A stretch of 61,670 nt of DNA, the filler included, from Sphacelaria rigidula (taxonomy: Eukaryota): NCBI GenBank assembly GCA_964200075.2. It is 6 parts of 6 records of this genome, joined end to end, with 100 filler letters (N's around TTAATTAATTAA, not from the genome) between each part and the next. Parts side by side here need not be neighbours in the genome. Positions count along the whole stretch, not along the records: positions 20,593 to 30,787 come from CAXNAA020006955.1; positions 30,888 to 41,082 come from CAXNAA020006956.1; 4 more parts are not named here. One strand, given 5' to 3'. Both the position numbers and the translations under genes were made by a program. The notes beneath the pieces were generated by a model. It was not told where the DNA came from. It was given only the letters and a program-made list of their open reading frames with translations, and made no database searches. This document shows, piece after piece, positions 25,301 to 37,610 of the stretch. Position 1 is the stretch's first letter. Each line of letters begins with the position of its first letter.

Positions 25301-26618
25301 AAAGACGTACATGAAGAGACGTTACATCTTTCGCTGTCAATTATATGGTTTTTTGGTCGGAGTCATCCAAAGCAACGAAAATCTAACCTTCAAACGTCCA
25401 GGAAATCTGTCTCGACATTTCATGCGCTGACACAGCCGCGAGTTGTCCCAAGATGATATTTGTGGCCGTGACATTGGCGGTCGCAGAAGAGACGCCAAAG
25501 TGAAAATTGAAAAAAAAATCAGCCAATTTGGGGTGTTGCAGTATTCCGCCATGGTGGAGGAAGGAGGGTCCTCCGCTTCCCGGTGTTCCTAACTCCGTAC
25601 TTTGCATGCGGTTCAACAATCTAGTACAGTAGTACATTCGTACTGTACAGTCGGAACATACAAGGACATATATATATCAGCAGGAAAAGATGCGTCGAGG
25701 AAACGGAGTTTGACTTTTTTTTGCTCATGGATGATTCCGCTGTATGTTCTGGCACCTTCGTGAATTTAGACCCATATCTATCGATGGCGTGTTTAGCTCC
25801 AAACTGTTCCGCCGTTCTGCCACGGCAATGTGCCGTTGGCCGTACCTGATGCACGCATATGCCCCATGACGCGCGACATTTGCGTGGCGCCGGCCGCTTG
25901 TATGTAGGTGTTGTTTTCCCGCCGCAAACCTCGTATATTATCCTGTGGTTATGTGGAAGCTGTCAACCCCAGGTTAATTTGCACGTGTTTCGTGTACCTG
26001 AACGAAGCTTGCTAAAATTGCACCTCTTGCTTTGATGTTCCCGGTGCCTTGCGGTTGATTATGACTCCTGTTTTGGAAAGCAAATGCTCTTGTCGTGACC
26101 CAGGCGTTTCCCTTTTTTTTGGTACTCATCCTCAGGTCCCCCTTCCCTCGACAAATAGATATGGTTTGTCAAGCCACACGTGAGGAATGCAATTGTTGAC
26201 CTCTGTGCTCCGCTTTCCCACGCCCCCGTCGCTCCCCTTCATCCTGCACTTTCAGGTCGAGGTCACCGTGAGTAGGTTCAGGCTGCACATCAGGGTCCTC
26301 ATGACCCTTGACAAGGACCGACAAATGGTACAGTTCGAGCTGGACCCAGACTGTACGAAGGCGGGCCGAGCGGTTCTCCGCGAAGCGACCGGATTCTTTT
26401 ACGTAGAGTCCCCGCCGGACCGACCAGGATACTCACGGGTCTGGATGATGGCCACGGTGGACGTGAACCGGTTCGTCCCCGGTGGAATCGTGGACTATGC
26501 GGCGGGTCGCGCTTTGCCGCGCGCGTCCAACTGGATCAAGCCGACTTGTGAGGCGGCGCAACGCAGGAAATTGCGGGAGGGTATAGTCGGAAAGGGGGGG
26601 GCGGGGCCAGCACCATGA
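22359..26618 (+). CDS. SRPBCC/START-fold (polyketide cyclase/Coq10-like) ligand-binding protein with long N-terminal extension, about 459 aa
   Basis: Well-supported exons <=23644-24399 (VVVDVRADPDVVLEYLTKYEEYDTMIDTVRECQV...NQRK|GTGAGG) and 26256-26618 (TTTCAG|VEVTVSRFRL...GFFYVE...YSRVW...VPGGIVDYAAGRALPRASNWIK). A tentative first exon 22359-22619 joins in phase 0 to the CCAG acceptor at 23644. Confidence 0.75.
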
Positions 26619-28400
26619 AGGCTCGGTTTCTCTTCTCGGGAGGAGGGGGCATGGTTTCGGTGACATGATGGTTGAAATGCATGCCCTTTTAGCGTTGACC
26701 TGAGTGTTCTTTTTGTACGTTTTCCCTCGATGAGGTTGTCTTGTGTGTTTGTTGTGTATATGTTTTGACTCGTGCTCATGAAATGTGATCCGACATTTTT
26801 TACGGGTGGAGAGAGGAGTACGTGTCGGTACGTGGTTGTTGTTTTTCGCCAACCGTCGCGTGTACACCGTCCCGTATCGACTCTTTTCCAACGGTATTTT
26901 ATATTGATTTTGACCTCCATGTGTTTATGTCCATGTTGTTTCTCCTTTTCACCGTGCGTGTGTTTCTTACTGGCAGTGTTTGTTTATGCTCAGTGTGTTT
27001 GTGGTATTAGCAGTACAGTACATGGCGTGAGAGATTTGTTCGAATCTATCTGTGTGCGTGAATTTTCTGTTGTTGAACATGACTGGCGGGTTGATTGGTT
27101 GCCCGTGAGTGCCTGCGTACGGGAAGACCAAGAAATCAAGAATCCAAAAGGGTGGTGGTTCGGATTGGGAGAATACTCAGACCGTTATCCGTTTTGCCTC
27201 TCCGAGACCGTGTTCTCACGGTCTGCTTCGTTTTATCGAATGTCGGGCAAGTGGAAGTGTTTGCGACGTGATTCTCCGTTGTATTTGCTCTTGCACTCAT
27301 CGGCTGGTGATGCGAACGTGTGTAGTGTAGTACTGGGAATATGCCTTCTCACGTCGAAATACACGCCCCCGATGGGGTCTGTAGATGTTGTGCAGCAGGG
27401 TGTGTTCTGTGGAAGCCACCGTTCTCATTTTGTGGCGAGTTGGCTGACTTTGCAGGAGTCATGCATAGGCCTAGGGCTGTGTTGGATGGATGAATATCGT
27501 ATCGGGTATAGAAGCAAGAGAACGTACGTGTACATGTTGTGGAGCTTACACGAATATTGTATTCGATTAAGTCAATCCTGTAGTTTGTTGAGCCATGCAT
27601 TAACGGGGCAAGAGAGGGAGTAAGGGCCTGCGAGGTTTCGATTGACTCGTGGCAAACTGATGATGAGTCGGATGTGTTCGTGGTGGAGATCAGGGATGGG
27701 GGAAGCGTGATGCTGCTTTGCAAAGTGACGATGAAGAAAAATGTAGGCTTTGGTCGACTGGTCCGGGCAGGGAAGGAATGGGCGTGATGTCCGTCAAACA
27801 AGTTTTTATCGTTTCCAGCATCTCTAGTCTGGTTTATTTACTCTGTTTTGCGATTCTGCGATGGTGAATCGTACCATTCGTGTCAACTGCACTTCGCGTG
27901 TACCATTCACTGTGCTGCGACCTTTGTCGAATGCATGGAGACTGGGGATCCGATCAGACGGATACCGATCGATCATGGCAACCCGTCATTATTCCAGACG
28001 ACGAATTTGCGTCGAGTTTGAATGAGTGTTCATTTGCTCGAAATTCTTGTGCCAAAAACAATTAACCTCGCTGTATTATCCAAGCTCAACACGATCACCC
28101 ATGCGGCATTCGCGGAGCTCAAGCATATCTCGTCCATTTTTTTCAGAGCTGCCGTTGAAAGTGTTGCCTTGTATCCCAATCCCAACACGGACACGGGGAA
28201 TCACCCGAACGTCCTCGAACACGGCGATATGATGAGTCAACATGCAGAACAGGGTCCTTCAGCTGCGGTGAAAATTTGGCGGCGCATTATTGTTGTCCCA
28301 CTTTTGTAATGCGCATAAGATACACCCACGGTGACTGAAAAAAATGAGAGGTGTGCATTAAAAAGTGCAAAAATGTTTGCCGCGCGACAAACATCTGAAT

Positions 28401-28760
28401 GAAAAAATGAGGTTCAACTCAAAAACAGGACTTTCCCTGACCTAAAGTCATGACAAATGACTTTCATATGGATGACCCCATCCCTCTCGACCTCCCTCAA
28501 ACTATTTCGGGGATTTCTAGCCTTCCATTCCCCCAGAGGATAATATACATGTGCGAAAGTACAATTTTGCCTCGATTTCGGCGTGGAGGAAGGGATGCTT
28601 TTTGGTCCCTAAATCGTGCTTTCGCACACGCCCCTTGCGGGAACGCAAGGCTAGGAATTCGTCGAACTGGTTCAAGGGAGGTCGGGAGGGACGAGGTCCA
28701 TCTGAAAGTCAATCGTTTTGACGTGAGGTCAGGCTACTTTTGGATTGAACCTCATGCTTT
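28401..28760. mobile_element. Degenerate MITE, same family as 30207-30594
   Basis: Left end AAAAAATGAGGTTCAACTCAAAA...TTTCCCTGACCTAAA and inverted right end AGGTCAGG...TTTTGGATTGAACCTCAT match the 30207 element. Confidence 0.7.
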
Positions 28761-30206
28761 CGTTAAACGTCATTTTTTCAAAGTCCGCTGTTTGCAGGAA
28801 GCAGAGTGCCCCTTCCGGAGTTGACATTCGTCCACTTCAGTCATCAATGAGACTTTTTTCATACTTTTTCGGGAACTTTCCGACTCTTCAACAAGAAAAA
28901 GCTGGAAAAAAAGCCAACGGACTATGCATTTTCCGAGTAACGTGTAGTCCGTCTTGAATTTAATACTTTAGTAGTCCTTGACCTAGTTGAGATATCTGCA
29001 GTCAATTTTTTTGGGTGAAGTTTTCTTCCCGAAAAAGTCGGAAAATTTGGACAAAAACAGTCCCGTGTTACAAGCTGGGACGCCGGAGATGTCAACAGAA
29101 ATATAGAACTCCGATGTTGCTCCTCAATTTTTCGAGTCGTTTTCTATGATTTTTGACACGGTATACATGAGGTATGTCAAGATCCTGACTACTCCCCCCT
29201 TCACCTTTTAAGTTGTTGTTGTGAGTTATTCGCGATTCACTGCTGAATTTTTTTTTCAAGTTTCCCGTCGCCGGTAACTCGCGAAAAAAATAATAATAAA
29301 GGAGGAAAGGTGATGTCTTTGTATATACAGTATGTCCTGTATATCGCTTCAACATTTCATGGAGAACGGTTCAAAATTCAACAGCGAAATAGCGTTTTTC
29401 TGTCGAAATCCGGTTCGTGTGTGGAGATGGACGAACCAAGTAGGTGAGAACAGGAAAAAATATTGAAGCGCGGTTGCGCAGTTCATCTTCAAAGTGTTTG
29501 CTGTAAAACTTTGACACGCGAGTACTTATAGGCCTTCACAATCTGAAGTCAAGTACTGAACGCTGTTGTACGAGGTTTAGGCTGATCACAATACATTCAA
29601 GCCATGATCATGAGTGGCGTCGCTTCATCCAATAATGGCACCACTCGGACGCCTGCAAGCAATTATCATCAGAGGAAGCAAGGAAAGAGTGCAACGTACA
29701 CTGCGAACGAACGGGATCCACACGCGGCCATTCGGCTACCCCCCAAAATACTCTGTTCCGGTGAAATTTTCGAGCCTCCAGAGGATTTAAACAGCTTCAG
29801 AAGGTAACAGCTGGTGAAGTACCTGTTGCGGTGCGAACAGGGCCTCGTTGCGAAGGACCTTTTTCACTAGGTACACGTCACACCCACCTGGGCAGGGGGC
29901 AAGATCTCCTGACAGACAGTAACAGAGCTTGCCGGCTCGACTTCATGACAGTCTGACAGCCATCAAGATTGTTGCTGTTGTGTTCTTTCACCACCATGAA
30001 CTCTCAGTCAGGTCGTTTGTGGTCTTCACTGGAAGATGTCGGTGGTCCGCCATTTCATCTCGGGAGACTCCTGCGGAGTATTTCACCATCTCGCACGGCG
30101 ACATGTTTCGTGACTATATGCGAATATAACAGACAAGCTTAGTTCACGCAGGATAGGGGGGGTGGGAGGCTTCCGTGCGTGGCCTTCAATCATCAGCAAC
30201 ATGTAA

Positions 30207-30594
30207 CAGTGGATTCTCGAAAATGTGGTTGAGAAAAAATGAGGTTCAACTCAAAAGCCGTGCTTTCCCCAACCTAATAACTTCATGATAAATGACAGTC
30301 ATACGGACGACCTCATCCCTCTCGACCTCCGTAAAACTATTTGGCGTTCCCCCAAAGGGTATGTGCGAAAGCGATTTCGGGGTGAACAAAGGACGTTTTC
30401 TGGCTCAAAAATTGTGCTTTCCCACAAACCCTTTGGGGGAACGTACGGCTAGAAATCCACCGAAATATTTTCAGACAGGCCGGGAGGAATGGGGTCATCC
30501 ATATGAAAGTAATCTGTCATGAATTTAGGTCAGGGAAAGCACGGCTTTTGGGCTGAACCTCATTTTTTTCAACCCCATTTGCGAGAATCCACCG
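30207..30594. mobile_element. MITE of about 390 bp with about 110-bp terminal inverted repeats; a third copy starts at about 30748 and is cut by the gap
   Basis: CAGTGGATTCTCGAAAATGTGGTTGAGAAAAAATGAGGTTCAAC... matches the reverse complement of ...GCTGAACCTCATTTTTTTCAACCCCATTTGCGAGAATCCACCG; no coding capacity. Confidence 0.85.
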
Positions 30595-30787
30595 TCATGT
30601 GATGACTTGGCCGGAGCAGGTTTTCAATGGCAACCTGTTGTCATCTGCGCAGTGACACACCTCCTTCACCCTGCGGATTCTGCAGTCATGGATCTCAGCC
30701 TGTAGCGCTAGCTCTCCGTGCTGATGCAATCATCTCTCTACCATTTACCGTGGATTCTCGAAAATGGGGTTTAAAAAAAAACGAGGT

Positions 30788-30887
30788 NNNNNNNNNNNNN
30801 NNNNNNNNNNNNNNNNNNNNNNNNNNNNNNNTTAATTAATTAANNNNNNNNNNNNNNNNNNNNNNNNNNNNNNNNNNNNNNNNNNNN
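30788..30887. other. Artificial contig spacer
   Basis: N44-TTAATTAATTAA-N44. Confidence 0.98.
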
Positions 30888-32417
30888 CAAACAGACAACG
30901 AAATCGCTATCCAAACCGCCCTGCTGCTCACACGGCTGCGCCATCAATTCAACTGCGCCGCGGCACGTTCGTGCCATACTTCTCGCTTCTGTGGGCTCTG
31001 ATTGGCTGTGCACATCAATGCACATCAATGGTTTTTTGAATTGGCAGGCGTTATTCAGGTCATGACCTTTGAAAAATACGGGTCCTACACTTTAATCAAG
31101 TTGCGCACATCAATGCAGAGGTTACCCTATGGGCGCGGAGCCGTCTGACCGGTCATCGGGGGTCCTGCCACGTTTCAGCCCAGATTCTTCCTCTTCGGTA
31201 TTATCGCTCAATCTAGCTTGTCCCGATCATATTTGTGAAAAAAATGTACAGTTTCATTTTTTCGAAATTTTATCTACTCATTGCACTAGAGCCGTAACAC
31301 AGTGTTTCACGGTCAATGACACCCTCCTGATAAACGGGGTATTTACTCGTATCGTCCGATAACACCAACTAACACTGACTTGGGCACTGTGTTTCGAGGA
31401 TGGTCTGTTTATTGTGCCAATATTTACCTACGCTAGCAATTTGGAGTTCTATCGAAGAGTATTACGCGAGGAAAACCCCAAAACACCCCTGAATAGTTAG
31501 ACCGCCCACTACTACTGTAGGGCCAAACATTATCGCCTACAGCTGCCAGGCTGATGCCCCACCCCTACCCCCCACCCCGCAGTAAAGGCTGTTCCGCAGG
31601 ATCAAACTGGGGTCACGCGTGATCACGAGTTCCTCGCTGCCGCGGCGCGCACAAACTAACCTCATACATGTACACTGTTACACTACCGCGTGCAACTACT
31701 TCCGACCCATGCACTCACCGTGGGCTGTGCTTGGTCAAGGTGCAACCGCCACGTGCCGAGGAAAGTGTCTGAAGATCGCGCGCAAACGTTGGCGGTGGCC
31801 GGGTTATCCTTCCAGCGATAAAATGAAACTGCTGCAGCAGAAGGTGCAGCAGCAATAAAGGCGTTGCTGAGGTACAGTAGCTTATTGTTGTCGACTACTG
31901 TGCCGAGCACCCTCATGCGTACTACTCACACAGCTCACGTGCAAGTAGACAGTGAATAGAATCAAGCGGAAGTGAGTGGTTCAATCTCCGTCGAATGTGC
32001 TTTATTTCCTCCGACGCAGGTTCGGTAGATCGCCCACCTACCCCTCTCATTCCAAGTCAAATAGAATGACCGCGGGTTGATGAGCACGGAAATCATGCCC
32101 TAGAGATATTCTGAGATTTTTCGTTGGGCTCTCATCAACCCTTATTTCCAAGTTCAGCTCTAAGTTTTGCCGACGGCTACGGTGGTGAGTGTGGGATTGT
32201 AACGCTTTGACCGCCATGCCGCGAGAGATCGCCTGATACTGCTCACTACGCAGGTTGTGTGGTCAGAATTGTGTGGCACAGCACCACGCTTGTCTACTCC
32301 CATGAACAACAACAAGTGAAAGTGAGTATTTGTGGCGAAAAGAATAGTGCCCGAAAAGAATAGTGCCCGCGGGGGTAACAAGTGAACTTTTGAACTCTGA
32401 ATGTGTTTATGGTCCGT

Positions 32418-32537
32418 ACAAGAAGTACAGTAGAGCTTGCCAGTGGTGACCACGGGTTCGCGAGATCGGACTAATGTGCGGAAATAATAATAATAATAAA
32501 ATAAAAAAACAAGAAGTACAGTAGAGCTTGCCAGTGG
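32418..32537 (+). repeat. 29-bp direct repeats flanking a 62-bp segment ending in an (AAT)n/A-rich tail
   Basis: ACAAGAAGTACAGTAGAGCTTGCCAGTGG at 32418-32446 and 32509-32537. Confidence 0.85.
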
Positions 32538-33922
32538 CACAACACAACAACAGTCAGTACAACGGCAGGACGACGTGGTCGGGTTTATGAACTGCTCCTA
32601 CTTGAACTACCGCTTGTGCTGTGGTGGTTTCGCACTCTTGCGACCACTACAACAGTACGGACTGGTGACCTACGCAAAAAAACGCACATCCGTGTATGTA
32701 TCCTCTCCGGCTATGCTTTCCCGTCTCGGTGCTTTCGGGGCAACGAGGGCATATTCTGTCCAAGTCAGTTTTTCTGCTCCAACTGATCGTTGTGTCGTTT
32801 GAACACACTACTCTTGTACTGATGTACGTATGGGTGTTTGTTTTGTCAGCCCTACACCCTGCACCGTGCTGCACAAAGGTTCATAATACCGTACGTTTGG
32901 TGCTGCAGTCAGTAGCGGCTGCAATGTGCCATGACGCAACAGCAACTGCAACTTTCTGGCATTCAGTGACATGGGGGAAAGCACGCTCAAGCGAAAGTAA
33001 TTGTAGTTTTAGCCAAATAGCTACAGCACGCTTTCGCGTGTAGCTCCGATGTAAAGGTGGCTATTTTGCAGCAGATGCTGATCACAAGCACCTGCAGACA
33101 CCCCTCTTCATCCCGTCCTTGAATCGGAAGAATAGATACAAAGTGGAGTGGAGCAGCAGGCGGCGGGTAAAATAATAACACCCTCCAGGGACAACTTTTT
33201 GAAATCAAATGCTATCGACATTCATCCAGCTGTAACACACAAGACCTTGCAATTCTACTTCTTGGAACATTCCGGCGACAAACGTCTTTTGAAAGCCTGA
33301 ATAATTCTAGAAAACGGAGTCTCTGCGATTGTGCACTCCCGCGAGAGAGGTGTTATTCACCGTCACCTATCCTAATGCGGCGGAATTACTGTACATGGTG
33401 AGCCACCCTGCGTCTTCGCCATCCTACTACCTCCTGCTGTACTGTTGCGAGCCGACGGGGCCCTATGGACTGCGGTAAGAGCAAGTTTAGCACATAGCAA
33501 TACTCATTGTGCTATATCGTGCCCTCGTTTTTAGTCGTAGCCGTGATGGGATGGCTGGTACCCGTGGTGAAACAGAGAGTCGTTTGCGCTGACGGGCTGT
33601 TACTGTACTGAGTACTTCACTGTACTGTTGTTGTCCTTTACATAATGTGTTGTAATGTCGCACTGCCATAGTCGGTGCTCTGTGTTGTTGCACCAGCTGT
33701 ACTGGTTCTACAACCTTCCTGTAGTAAGCATCGTGCAATGGTAGCATCTAAAGCATGTGCTGCAGAAAATGAGAGCGAGGATCAAAATAGACACAAAACG
33801 GACGCAGAAGGCCATTTGCCATCACTCGCCGTTTCACACTACCGTTTCGCCTACGAAACTACCTTCGCCCTACAGTTTCAAACAAAAGTACCTGCCGTGC
33901 GTCACACCTCTACAATCCTGTA

Positions 33923-34447
33923 CTTCCTCTGTCCCATGAGTATAGGTACCTACATTTGTACGGGCCCTTAACGATGTCCGATCGTTTTTTTTTAACGAAC
34001 TCTACGGTGTTTTTTGGGTTATAACATGTGTTCCAAATTTGCAGCTCGCGCTTGAACCATGCCCCCGAACAGCTGCGAAAAAAGTAGTCGGCCCAAAAAT
34101 GGTTGTTTTTTGCCCCTTTCCGAGGGGAAAAAAAGTTACGTTTTTTTTTTTAATCGCGTGGGACTTCCTGGCAGCAAGCCCCAGTGAAGACGGGGGCGAT
34201 TGAGAACAATTGAAAAAAAAAAGTCGACACTTTTTTTCCCCTCGGAAAAAAGGCAAAAAACGGCCATTTTTGGGCCGACTACTTTTCTCGCAGCCGTTCG
34301 GCGGCATGGTTCAAGCACGAGCTGCAAATTTGAAGCACACTTTTTTACCCAACAAACACCGTAGAGTTCATTCAAAAAACAAAAACGATCGGACAGCGTT
34401 AAGGGCCCGTACAAATTCACGTACCTTTACTTACGGGACAGAGGAAG
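33923..34447. mobile_element. Stowaway-like (Tc1/mariner-type) MITE, 525 bp, foldback over nearly its whole length, TA target-site duplication
   Basis: TA|CTTCCTCTGTCCC...GGGACAGAGGAAG|TA. Arms of about 230 bp are imperfect reverse complements; termini resemble the Stowaway consensus CTCCCTCCGT. Confidence 0.88.
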
Positions 34448-34509
34448 TATACATATATACGGTACGAAAAGCAAGAGCGCTTGCGGTTTGCCCGTCCTTA
34501 CGGTGACAG

Positions 34510-34650
34510 AAGAGAGCTGGATCTAGATATCCATCAGTGATCCACGTCTCCTGCAATATTGCAGTATCACAGGACGTAAACGACCTGGCATGCCACACCC
34601 CTCGCCATGGTGATGGGCCTTTTCGCCCGATCATAGACGGAAACAACCGC
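34510..34650 (-). mobile_element. Possible LINE AP-endonuclease fragment
   Basis: CDTAILQETWITDG resembles the D(I/V)xxLQET motif of non-LTR retrotransposon APE domains; short and isolated. Confidence 0.4.
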
Positions 34651-35133
34651 ATTTACTCACAAGATTATCCGCTTGTGCAAAGATCTATATTAGAATATTG
34701 CCGAGTTTAACACCAGTGCACATGTACTTGGATGAACTCGGGTACATGAAGGGGCAGATTGATGGTATATCAAAGATACCGGATATTGTATGAGGTACCG
34801 GGTATTGTATCATGACTTAATGTTCGGAATATAAGGGGATCCTAGGTGCATGCGTGAATACGAGCCTCAGTTCATGTTTGTTTTTTTGTTGCACACTGCA
34901 TAATGCATTTTGGGTGAGAGAGCAGCTCGGGTGGAGCTTGCACGGTTGATGTTGGGTGAGTGAAGGATATAAAAAGATTAATGCAAGAAGAGCTACTACA
35001 CATTCCCCTCTGTCCAGAGCACGTCCTCTGAGAGAGGCATTCCTTTTTTCACTACACTGGCGATTTGAACAGGTCGATTGCAACGAGGTAGCTGAGGGAA
35101 GAAAGCAAGTTTCAGATAGTCAAGCAGGTGGTG

Positions 35134-35385
35134 TCTAATACAGTTGAGCAGAACAGCAGCAGAATTCGCGCATTTAGCCAGTTTCAGAGAGTTACGCAGT
35201 TAGCGTATAATACAGCTGAGCGAAACAGCAGCAGAACTCGTGTGTTTAGCCAGTTTCAGAGAGTTACGCAGTTAGCGTCTAATACAGTTGAGCAGAACAG
35301 CAGCAGAATTGGTGCGTTTAGCCAGTTTCAGAGAGTCACGCAGTTAGCGTCTAATACAGTCGAGCAAAAGAGAAGCAGAAATTGC
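35134..35385 (+). repeat. 72-bp tandem repeat, about 3.5 copies, inside the putative LTR
   Basis: Unit TCTAATACAGTTGAGCAGAACAGCAGCAGAATT...GCAGTTAGCG starts at 35134, 35206, 35278 and 35350. Confidence 0.92.
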
Positions 35386-37099
35386 CTTTTTATCATTTCA
35401 GTACAGCAAGGCACATCGCAAGAGAGATTTTTGAAAGAAATATCGCATGCCCGAAGCATTTTTCTCCGGCTGACTAACCAGAACGAAGATAGAGCTGATT
35501 TATAGGTGATTAAATACAGGTTTGAGCACAGTACCCGCGTGCAGATTGATAACCAGAAGCAGGAAACGACAGTGATAGATAACTACGATCGAGCAATGGC
35601 TACCACAAAGGAAAGAAGTACGGAAGAGGAGGCGGAGAAGCTGCCGCTTATGGAAGTAAAGCAGGCAGAGCTCATTGAGGCCGCAAAACGCGACGCTATT
35701 GCAGAGTATGAGAAAGAAAGAAGTATGCATTTTGACACAGGCGCGAAGGGTAACCCTGTGCAGACCAGCACAGCAAACAGTGACCGGCGAAGCAACCCAG
35801 GAGTTCTCGCCGAGTATAAGTACGAAAGTTACATGGGAGGGCAACGTGCCCAATCAAACATTGTGCGAGTGCGTAGTAATACTAGCATCCATCCGTGGGA
35901 CGGTTCTCTGAAGGCAGGGGAGGGCCTGGAGTCAAAGTTTGGGGTCGTTCATGTGCAGATGATTGGGTATTTCCGTGCCGAGGAATGTTATGATGCTCTT
36001 TTTGTGCAGGTACCTATCCGTGTGTTTCATGAGACAGAAGAGGAGTTGATTAGGCAGCACGTGTAGCAGGCAGTAGAAAAAGCTCAACGAGCTCATGATA
36101 CAATATTGGGAAAAGATCACGGCACCAAACATGGTAGAAAATTTTGCCATACTTGGTTCGCCTAGCGAGGCATGGGATTATTTAGTTTAGTACTATACCG
36201 TTTCTCCCACTGCTGAGAAAGCTTGCCTCGAACAGGAATGGACGAGTTCATAGATATCGCCTGATGAGTCGCCTTTAGTTTTTCTAAGCAGGGCAAACCT
36301 AATTCGACACAAGAGACATCAGTACGGTACCGTGGTTTTGGAGTTCGACGCGAACAGGCACTATGCACGTAGGTTGTCTTCGGAACACGTCATGCAATGT
36401 GGTATACTTCTTGCTATGGCCGAGATAGACACTGAGACCCTGCACCGCACGGTGAAGACAACCCACACTGAGTTGGGATTATCTAAGAGCAGGGGCTACT
36501 CGTCAAGCAACTATGCTCTTTCCGCCACAGTCCATGATGCTTCTCACAGTGACGTATCGGCCGGGCGATGTGGGAGTCAGGGGTACATAAGACACAACTA
36601 CTGCGGGGAGTGTGGTTCGGACCGCAGTGGGCGTCACTCGTCAGACCGGCACCCCATGACTTCCTCGCCCTTACACCGCAGCCATGATTCGTCTAGCCAT
36701 GAAAGTTCACAGAGATACAACTCCCATTCAAATTCCTCATCCCTGCGCCAATCCTTCCACACTCTAAACCATAACTCAGACCGGCATCCCACAAGTCCTT
36801 CATCCTCACGCCGATCCCACCACAACTCCAACCCGCAATCCTCATCATGCAATGTTCGCATCTGCAATGTATGTTATGATCGAGGTATTGATTCCCATGC
36901 ACGAAGTGATGGGCGGAGACATGTCGATCGCCGACGAGACAATCGATATCTCAACCCGGAATAGCGTGCCTCGTATCACGGCGGAAACCACCCCCTGTGA
37001 TCACCTCACAAACAACTCTCATCACTTCAACAACCCTCACCCTCACCACTCCAGCGACTCCCGCCATTCCAGGATTTCTCACCCACGTGCAAACTTTGT

Positions 37100-37610
37100 A
37101 CAACGGTATAAGATCCGATTCCGGCTTTGATTACCTTCACGGTTGACCATGAATGGTTGCAGCCGTTGTTGAGGTGGTAGCACGTGACAGCTTGCGGGCC
37201 CATCCTCGAGCGGCGTATGACCCTCATCATCCCAGGTTGAAGGAAGGGAACTAACTGGAGAGGAGGGGCATGATTGGTGAAAACCTTCTACGCTAGGATC
37301 TTCCAAGGGTTGGCCATCGTGGCGGAGCAATTGAAACCATCGGCGGCCCACACCGCGGACTCCATCCAGAGCCGATCCAAGATGCCACCTAGCGCGGGGA
37401 TGGCAGTGTAGTGTTCAGCGGGGAAGAGACGCGAAGCTTCACAGCGCGCAGCGTGGCCAGCCTTCATCACGCGCCAGATTGCGCTCTCGGCCACAGTATT
37501 TTGCTTCGGGGTATCTGGTGCTGTATTCTGGCGGCGAATCCGTACATCGTCACGGAAACCGATATAATCTGCTCTTGCTATACTTGGGTATGCAAGGCTT
37601 CGAGACAACG
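37100..37610 (-). mobile_element. Copia integrase core plus downstream (SH3-like) fragment, inverted relative to the flanking gag and RT
   Basis: RRQNTAPDTPKQNTVAESAIWR...LWMESAVWAADGFNCSATMANP...PLQLVPFLQPG matches the rve 'TPQQNGVAER...LWxEA...N' pattern; contains a stop. Confidence 0.8.

Noticed and set aside
12327-26618. Apparent carotenoid cluster (CRTISO-like gene next to an SRPBCC gene)
   Set aside because: The genes are on different contigs separated by an artificial spacer.
26772-27623. 283-aa ORF
   Set aside because: GT-rich, Cys/Val-biased sequence downstream of the SRPBCC stop with no motifs; probably 3' UTR or intergenic.
36332-36964. 210-aa Ser/His-rich ORF as an independent gene
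   Set aside because: It lies within the decayed Copia gag region and is low-complexity.
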